DNA of 64,000 nucleotides from an uncultured Pseudomonadota bacterium (GTDB lineage Bacteria; Babelota; Babeliae; Babelales; JAUPTZ01): NCBI GenBank assembly GCA_964429275.1, contig CAYSBJ010000003.1, positions 1 to 64,000 of the forward strand, read 5' to 3'. Shown piece by piece: positions 58,358 to 64,000 of this stretch (position 1 is its first letter; each line of letters starts with the position of its first letter). The notes under the pieces were generated by a model. It saw only the letters and a program-made list of their open reading frames with translations, ran no database searches and was not told where the DNA came from. The position numbers and the translations under genes were made by a program.

Positions 58358-59092
58358 ATGAATAGTACTTATATGTATGCCTTTATAAAACAGGTTGCGG
58401 TTTTGTTTCCGACTTTTATTTTGCTTTTTACCGTTCGTGGTTTTTTTCAGGCGTTGGCTGCTCACTGTGTTGGCGATGATACCCCAGAAGAGAACGGCTT
58501 TCTCTCGCTTAATCCGCTAGCACATATTGATATTGTTGGCACATTGATGCTTTCTGCTATTTTTGCGGTGCTGTATAAAATCGAATCATCAGGCGGTGGT
58601 TTTTTAGGTATGGCACTTATTTTGCTATCCATTTTTATTGGTGTGCGTCCGTACTACCCGGTACTGTATGATGCCCGTAATTTTCGCTGGCATAAGCCAG
58701 GGATTGTGATTACTACACTGGCAACTACGCTTAGCTATCTAGTGTTGGCGTTGCTTGCTATGTATGCATGGGTATGGGGGCAGTATTTCTTATCAAATGC
58801 GCCAGGGGCGGCTCAGGTTGTTCGTCAGATTTCTGACTCACTAATCGAGTGGTCCACTATTTGGGCAGTTATCTCACTCATACCAGTGCCACCGTTCGAC
58901 GCAGGCGCCCTGTTGCCGGTCATTTTTGGTGAGACTGGTCAGGAAATGTACGATGCTCTGGAGCAGTATGCACTCTTTATTTTTATAGGATTGTTTTTTA
59001 TACCCGGGCTTAAAGACATCTTTTTGCAGGGTATTGGCTTTGTTCATTTCTACTTATATCAAGGGCTTGCGTACTTGGTGGTGCTGCCATAA
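58358..59092 (+). CDS. Site-2 protease (M50) homolog, probably catalytically inactive
   Basis: GDDTP..G.LSLNPLAHID and LIPVPPFD retained; HExxH position reads RGFFQ. Confidence 0.8.
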   Translation: MNSTYMYAFIKQVAVLFPTFILLFTVRGFFQALAAHCVGDDTPEENGFLSLNPLAHIDIVGTLMLSAIFAVLYKIESSGGGFLGMALILLSIFIGVRPYYPVLYDARNFRWHKPGIVITTLATTLSYLVLALLAMYAWVWGQYFLSNAPGAAQVVRQISDSLIEWSTIWAVISLIPVPPFDAGALLPVIFGETGQEMYDALEQYALFIFIGLFFIPGLKDIFLQGIGFVHFYLYQGLAYLVVLP

Positions 59093-59140
59093 GGGGATAC
59101 GTAAGGAAAATAGGATAATTGTTAAGGGCGCGTAACTATG

Positions 59141-59218
59141 CGTCTTTGCGCGGAACAACGTGGCGTAGGAGTCCAGCTAAGCATTCCTGGATTGCTACCG
59201 GCCACGTTATGCTCGCTA
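59141..59218. repeat. Degenerate RPE-like element
   Basis: CGTCTTTGCG...AACGTGGC...TCCAG...CTGGATTGC...GCCACGTT...CTCGCTA. Confidence 0.55.
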
Positions 59219-59252
59219 TCTATAGAGCTTTAAATCATGTGGGTGACTATGC

Positions 59253-60464
59253 ATGAAAGGGGCAGAGTGTGAGAGGGATGATATGATTAAAAAATTAATG
59301 ACCGGCGCCGATCAGGTATTGCCGGTTGGTGGATTGGAAAAAAAGTTAGCAACGGGTAAGCCGTTATGTGTTAAATTTGGTGCTGATCCAACAGCGCCAG
59401 ATATTCACCTGGGGCATGTGGTCGTTTTATCAAAACTGCGCCAATTCCAAGATGCGGGGCATGTTATTCGTTTTATTATTGGTGATTTTACGGCACGTAT
59501 CGGGGACCCAACTGGTAAGTCAAAAACACGGCCGCCTTTGGAGCCTGAAGAAATTGCGCTTAATGCAAAAACTTACCTCGAGCAAGTAACGCGAGTCCTT
59601 GATCCGGAAAAACTTGAAGTGGTGTATAATTCGCAGTGGCTTGAGCCAGTCACGTTATCAAGTTTTATTCGTATTGCCGGCAAAGTGACGCTGGCAAGAC
59701 TCATGGAGCGTGATGACTTTTCAAACCGATTTGCTTCTGGTTCTACTATTAGTTTCCATGAACTTTTTTACCCGATCTTGCAAGGATATGACTCTGTTCA
59801 TCTGAAGAGCGATATTGAGCTTGGTGGAACAGACCAGACCTTTAATCTTTTGATGGGGCGCTTTTTGCAGGAGCAGTACGGCCAGGAGCCGCAAGTTATC
59901 ATGACCATGCCACTCCTTGAAGGTTTGGATGGTGTGCAAAAAATGTCCAAAAGCTATGGCAATTACATTGGCCTTGCGGAATCGCCGGTATCGGCCTACG
60001 GTAAATTGATGTCAATCTCTGATGAACTTATGTGGCGCTATTGGTTGCTCTTGAGTGGCAAGAGCAGTGAAGAAATTGAAGAAATGCGTGCTCATGTACA
60101 AGAGGGACTGCTTCATCCTCTGGCCTGTAAAAAAATGCTGGCGCACTGGATTGTTAGTCGGTATTGGTCTGCGGTTGGTGCTGATGAAGGGCAAAGTTCT
60201 TTCGAAGCGCTTTCGCAGCAAAAAGATTATTCACAGGCGCAAGAATTCAATCTTGGCGTCGATATGCCAACCACTTTGTGGGTCGTCGATTTGCTTAGAG
60301 CACTTGGTGCGGTGACCAGTTCATCTGAGGCGCGCCGCCTCATTGAGGCCGGCGCGGTACTGTTTGATGGCGCTAAAGTAACCGACGTTAAAGCTATGGT
60401 TACCTGGCAAGAGGGCGTTGTTGTGAAAGTAGGTAAACACCGTGTTTATAAGCTAGCGTTCTAA
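59253..60464 (+). CDS. tyrS: Tyrosine-tRNA ligase
   Basis: GADPTAPDIHLGH, GGTDQTFN, KMSKS, C-terminal S4 domain. Confidence 0.98.
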   Translation: MKGAECERDDMIKKLMTGADQVLPVGGLEKKLATGKPLCVKFGADPTAPDIHLGHVVVLSKLRQFQDAGHVIRFIIGDFTARIGDPTGKSKTRPPLEPEEIALNAKTYLEQVTRVLDPEKLEVVYNSQWLEPVTLSSFIRIAGKVTLARLMERDDFSNRFASGSTISFHELFYPILQGYDSVHLKSDIELGGTDQTFNLLMGRFLQEQYGQEPQVIMTMPLLEGLDGVQKMSKSYGNYIGLAESPVSAYGKLMSISDELMWRYWLLLSGKSSEEIEEMRAHVQEGLLHPLACKKMLAHWIVSRYWSAVGADEGQSSFEALSQQKDYSQAQEFNLGVDMPTTLWVVDLLRALGAVTSSSEARRLIEAGAVLFDGAKVTDVKAMVTWQEGVVVKVGKHRVYKLAF

Positions 60465-60525
60465 GTCTGTTAAAGTTGATTGCTTTATTAGCCTCGGGGC
60501 CCTGTTGTAACGAAAGAGCACCGCA

Positions 60526-61416
60526 ATGAGCATCCGTACATGTGCCATTACCCTCGCTTTTATATGCGCCTATGCAACTTTCTCTCTGGGGATTGGCGTA
60601 GGGAGTGCTATTAATACTGCTGACCGTGTTTATGTGGCCAATGCATTGTTGGCCGAAAGCCCAGAAGAATTTGCCCATTTTATGGGCAAGATTGCTGACG
60701 CTCAGAAAGGATTGGTTATTATTAGTGCGATTGGTTCGGCCTGTAGTGCGGGGCTTGCTCTTTGGTTTCTTACAACAGTTAAGAAAAAAGGCCCGTGTGT
60801 CACGTGGGATCGAGACGGAAGGGTTCGCAACGCTGGTGTTATTACGGGGCAGTCACTATTGTCATCTGAGCGTAGTATGTTGTTGTCTGGGTATGTAGGA
60901 GTAAAGTCAGGTGAGCGTTCTCTTACCGGGCGTAAGGGCTTACGGCGGAATGGAGGTTTTCTTATGGTTGCCGCTTGTATTTATGCCCTGGTAACCTCGG
61001 TGCGTGCTCGTCGTCGTCAAGTTCAATACCAGTTACATGCCGCACACGCTCATAAAATTTATAAGTTGTTACGAGACGCTGCCGTCAAGGCAGAAGGAGA
61101 TTCACAAGATTGGGTGCTTGTTGCTGCTGCAATCAAGAAGGCAGAGGCGGTTGGATGTGTAGCGCAAATGAGCACGACACTGATGGGATTGCTAATGCTG
61201 GGAAAAATACTAACAATGGATGTTTTGCGTAAGAATCAATGGAAAAAAGATGGAGCGGCAGTTGCCGCTCTTCTTTTTACATTGTGCGGTGGCTATCTCA
61301 TAAAGCCCCTCGTTACTGCTGGGATGCGTGCACGCGCGGGTGTGCCAGATATAGATGAATTATTTGCGGGGGTTAGCCGTGCCGGGCGTGATGCGTCATT
61401 GAGGGGCTATTCTTAG
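60526..61416 (+). CDS. Hypothetical multi-pass membrane protein
   Basis: 296-aa ORF with a signal-like N-terminus and about 4 further hydrophobic segments. Confidence 0.7.
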   Translation: MSIRTCAITLAFICAYATFSLGIGVGSAINTADRVYVANALLAESPEEFAHFMGKIADAQKGLVIISAIGSACSAGLALWFLTTVKKKGPCVTWDRDGRVRNAGVITGQSLLSSERSMLLSGYVGVKSGERSLTGRKGLRRNGGFLMVAACIYALVTSVRARRRQVQYQLHAAHAHKIYKLLRDAAVKAEGDSQDWVLVAAAIKKAEAVGCVAQMSTTLMGLLMLGKILTMDVLRKNQWKKDGAAVAALLFTLCGGYLIKPLVTAGMRARAGVPDIDELFAGVSRAGRDASLRGYS

Positions 61417-61443
61417 GGAGGGAGTTTTGATTCGCTGGATTGT

Positions 61444-61484
61444 AACAAAAAAGAGCGTGGATTAAACCCACGCTCTTTTTTGTT
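61444..61484. terminator. Bidirectional intrinsic terminator after the tRNA operon
   Basis: AACAAAAAAGAGCGTGG...CCACGCTCTTTTTTGTT. Confidence 0.88.
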
Positions 61485-61491
61485 TAATTTC

Positions 61492-61568
61492 TGGCGGGGC
61501 TGACGAGGCTCGAACTCGCGACCTCTCGCGTGACAGGCGAACGCTCTAACCAACTGAGCTACAGCCCC
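61492..61568 (-). tRNA. tRNA-Asp (GTC)
   Basis: Reverse complement GGGGCTGTAGCTCAGTTGGTTAGAGC...CT GTC AC...GTTCGAG...GCCA. Confidence 0.97.
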
Positions 61569-61577
61569 ACAGAAACT

Positions 61578-61653
61578 TGGCTCCCCGAGCAGGACTCGAA
61601 CCTGCGACCTAATGATTAACAGTCATGTGCTCTACCAACTGAGCTATCGAGGA
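61578..61653 (-). tRNA. tRNA-Asn (GTT)
   Basis: Reverse complement TCCTCGATAGCTCAGTTGGTAGAGC...CT GTT AA...GGTTCGAG...GCCA. Confidence 0.97.
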
Positions 61654-61764
61654 ATACGGTTTTAAATTTTACACGTTTTGGATTTTGCTAGTCTTTATTC
61701 TTCTAGCTGTCCGCTGTAGCCTGTTTTTGTTTGTGGAGCAAACAATAGTGCAGACTAAGACGAA

Positions 61765-61840
61765 TGGTGGGCGAAACAGGACTCGAACCTGTGACCCCCT
61801 GCTTGTAAGGCAGATGCTCTACCAACTGAGCTATTCGCCC
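61765..61840 (-). tRNA. tRNA-Val (TAC)
   Basis: Reverse complement GGGCGAATAGCTCAGTTGGTAGAGC...CT TAC AA...GGTTCGAG...ACCA. Confidence 0.97.
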
Positions 61841-61863
61841 AAAACGTGAGCGAGGAATGTACT

Positions 61864-62565
61864 TTAATTTGCGCGGCAAGTCAAAATATTTTTATCCTTT
61901 TTGGTGATCAGCTCATTTTCTTCCATAAATCGAGCTACTTTTTGTGCTAATTCTGCCATGCGGGTTGGGTTGTTGGCAAAATCTTCGGTGACGTCCAAGA
62001 CGAGGACTGGTACGGTGCTGATTTCAGGGGCAATGCCGGCTTTATGCATGAGGAATTGTTCGTGCCAGTGATGAATTTTCTCAAGATAATCGAGTGGGAT
62101 ACCGGATTCGCCGTTGCGGTTGCGTTTGGCAATGCGGGCATTACAGATCGCGGGCGTAGTGCGTAAGTAGATGAATCCACTGGGCGGGGTGCTCTTGCTG
62201 GCGAAAATGAAATCTACCCATTGTTGGTATACATCCCATTCTACGGTGGTGAAGTAGCCTTCTTCCTTGCCGTTGAGCGCAAAGCAATAGTGGCCAGAAT
62301 AAAGTGATCGCTCCATTACATGAAAGGGAGAGTGGGTATTTTTGCCCAAATAATCGCGTGAGCGGCAGAGCATCGCGAGGGTTTCGATGGTATAGGCCCA
62401 GCGATGAGGGTCGGTATAAAATTGTTCGAGGAGTGATTTGCCATAGTTTTGGCGTGCCCACGTATCCACTGGTTCAAGCGAATAGGTGATGTGCGGAAGG
62501 TAGGAGCTTAAAAGTGTAATAAATGTTGATTTTCCCGCGCCAATATTGCCTTCAACGATGTACAT
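61864..62565 (-). CDS. Deoxynucleoside kinase
   Basis: VEGNIGAGKST, EP, ERS, IYLR, RIAKRNR.GE; start after an AAGG SD. Confidence 0.93.
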   Translation of the reverse strand: MYIVEGNIGAGKSTFITLLSSYLPHITYSLEPVDTWARQNYGKSLLEQFYTDPHRWAYTIETLAMLCRSRDYLGKNTHSPFHVMERSLYSGHYCFALNGKEEGYFTTVEWDVYQQWVDFIFASKSTPPSGFIYLRTTPAICNARIAKRNRNGESGIPLDYLEKIHHWHEQFLMHKAGIAPEISTVPVLVLDVTEDFANNPTRMAELAQKVARFMEENELITKKDKNILTCRAN

Positions 62566-62707
62566 ACCAGGTCCTTTTTGATGAAAATGAATGGGCCACA
62601 CTATAACCCAAAATAAGAAAATTGCAGCTCCTTTTCATAAAAAATTCTGGCGCCCGATGGCAGGGGTGTGGTAAGGATGAGGCAACTAGTAAGGGTTTGG
62701 AGGAAAT

Positions 62708-63763
62708 ATGAAAAAAAAAAGTCTACATTTTTTGTGGAAAGCTATTTGTATCGCTTTTGCGGGAGTACTGACGGTGGTGTGTATCGGCTATTATTTTGCT
62801 GCACCAAGTGGTCCGGTGTCGGTTCGCGTTGGGTTTGTACTAGCGCGTAATGTGTATGCCCACGGGAAGGCATATGAGGGCTTTTTGCGTAAGCACTCAC
62901 AGGTTGAAAAAAAGCGAGTGTATGATGTACGCCCGTTTTACTTTCAGGAGGATGAACCGACAAGCTTAGCGAGCATTGTAAAAGAGTTGCGCGGGTGGAA
63001 GCCTGATGTGGTCGTAGTCGATGGATATTTTGCTACACCCTATGTAGCGCGTGAAATGCCTGACTATCCCGTTGTCTTTATTGGTGTTGACGACTGTGTT
63101 GAGCGAAAGTTGGTGGACTCCTTTGAGCGCCCGGGAGGTCATGTAACTGGTGTGATTTCGGGTTCATATGACCGCCTTGCGATGGCGGCGATGCTCCAAG
63201 TGGTGAAGCCGGGAGCGTGCAATGTGTTGCTACCGTATGACTTGAACGATGACGTTGGGGGCCTTGTTGTGAGGGACGCGCGAGCAGTGAAGCGGTTTCT
63301 TGCACGAGAAAAAGTGAATACAACGATTTTTCCTATTTCTGATATGGCTCACGCTTTGGAGGAGATAGCACCGTTATTACAAAGTCATGATGTCCTTTTG
63401 ACTCTTGAGTGTGATCCGTTGGAGTACTTGATTGAGCCATTAGTGGCGCTGTGTGAGAAGACAGAGACAACTTTTTTCCCCGGCAGTTTGGGGGGGATGG
63501 AGGCGGGAGCGATGTTTGCGTTTGGTGGCCATGCGCAGGTTCCTGGCAAAATGGCTTTTGTATTAGTGCAAAAAATAGTTGAGGAGGGGATTCTCCCGGC
63601 AGATCTGCCCATTGCTAAGGTGACGGGCCATCGGCAGTTTGTGATCAATGCGAGCAAGGCGGCAGCCCAGCATATGCAGCCAGTAAACGAGCAGGCGGTT
63701 CGATTGCGCTTGTTGCGATACAACAGCAGCGCACCTTTTGAGCTTAACCTTAAAATAGTGTAA
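62708..63763 (+). CDS. ABC transporter substrate-binding protein (ABC_sub_bind-like)
   Basis: N-terminal TM; PVVFIGVDD, LVDSFERPGGHVTGV, PADLPI, FVIN. Confidence 0.85.
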   Translation: MKKKSLHFLWKAICIAFAGVLTVVCIGYYFAAPSGPVSVRVGFVLARNVYAHGKAYEGFLRKHSQVEKKRVYDVRPFYFQEDEPTSLASIVKELRGWKPDVVVVDGYFATPYVAREMPDYPVVFIGVDDCVERKLVDSFERPGGHVTGVISGSYDRLAMAAMLQVVKPGACNVLLPYDLNDDVGGLVVRDARAVKRFLAREKVNTTIFPISDMAHALEEIAPLLQSHDVLLTLECDPLEYLIEPLVALCEKTETTFFPGSLGGMEAGAMFAFGGHAQVPGKMAFVLVQKIVEEGILPADLPIAKVTGHRQFVINASKAAAQHMQPVNEQAVRLRLLRYNSSAPFELNLKIV

Positions 63764-63869
63764 GGAAAGTGCGTTGCTATGGACATTTTGCCTGGGAATG
63801 CTATTCTGAAGTCAACGTTTTGGTGAGAGTGATGAGATTTTAGTATTTGTAGCCAAAAGGAGCTGCCTC

Positions 63870-64000
63870 ATGTCGATGGAAAGCTTAAAAGTAATGTTTA
63901 CCCTGTCGCGTGAAGATGCCTACAGCCTTGCCTGTATTGCCGAGCACGACGGAATGACGATGCAAACATTGGTTCGCAAAGTTGTGTTGGATGAAATTAA
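63870..64000 (+). CDS. Partial small protein, ribbon-helix-helix (CopG/antitoxin-like); runs off the window end
   Basis: AAGGAG SD; MSMESLKVMFTLSREDAYSLACIAEHDGMTMQTLVRKVVLDEI fits a strand-helix-G-helix pattern. Confidence 0.55.
   Translation, partial: MSMESLKVMFTLSREDAYSLACIAEHDGMTMQTLVRKVVLDEI

Noticed and set aside
61492..61840. tRNA cluster as an island integration site
   Set aside because: No integrase and no duplicated tRNA 3' end seen in the window

Overview
Gene-dense bacterial chromosome segment. Its content suggests an intracellular protist parasite of the Dependentiae (Babeliae/TM6) type; this is inference, not a marker-gene assignment. Housekeeping genes include glyA, efp, nusB, ndk, rpsA, lon, ybeY, valS, tyrS, a deoxynucleoside kinase and tRNA-Asp/Asn/Val. 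Envelope and export genes include a SurA/PpiC pair, a LolD-like ATPase, a gspF-G-H-I-J-K type II secretion/pseudopilin operon, an MCE/MlaD protein and a beta-rich protein plus OM barrel pair. Many orphan proteins carry Sec-type signal peptides. Main unusual points: (1) a signal-peptide-bearing Lon protease with two complete tandem AAA+ modules next to canonical lon; (2) dispersed Sec-signal proteins sharing a bilobed hydrophobic hairpin with an [S/N]FxxRL linker motif (Inc-like); (3) a promoterless AAA/PD-(D/E)XK gene bracketed by a 50-bp duplication of the acyl-CoA ligase 3' end; (4) RPE-like palindromic repeats, one sitting in-frame in the GspJ leader peptide; (5) a mosaic tandem paralog pair; (6) a site-2 protease homolog lacking HExxH; (7) a hairpin-rich non-coding block upstream of rpsA. 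No CRISPR array, rRNA, integrase or transposase was seen.
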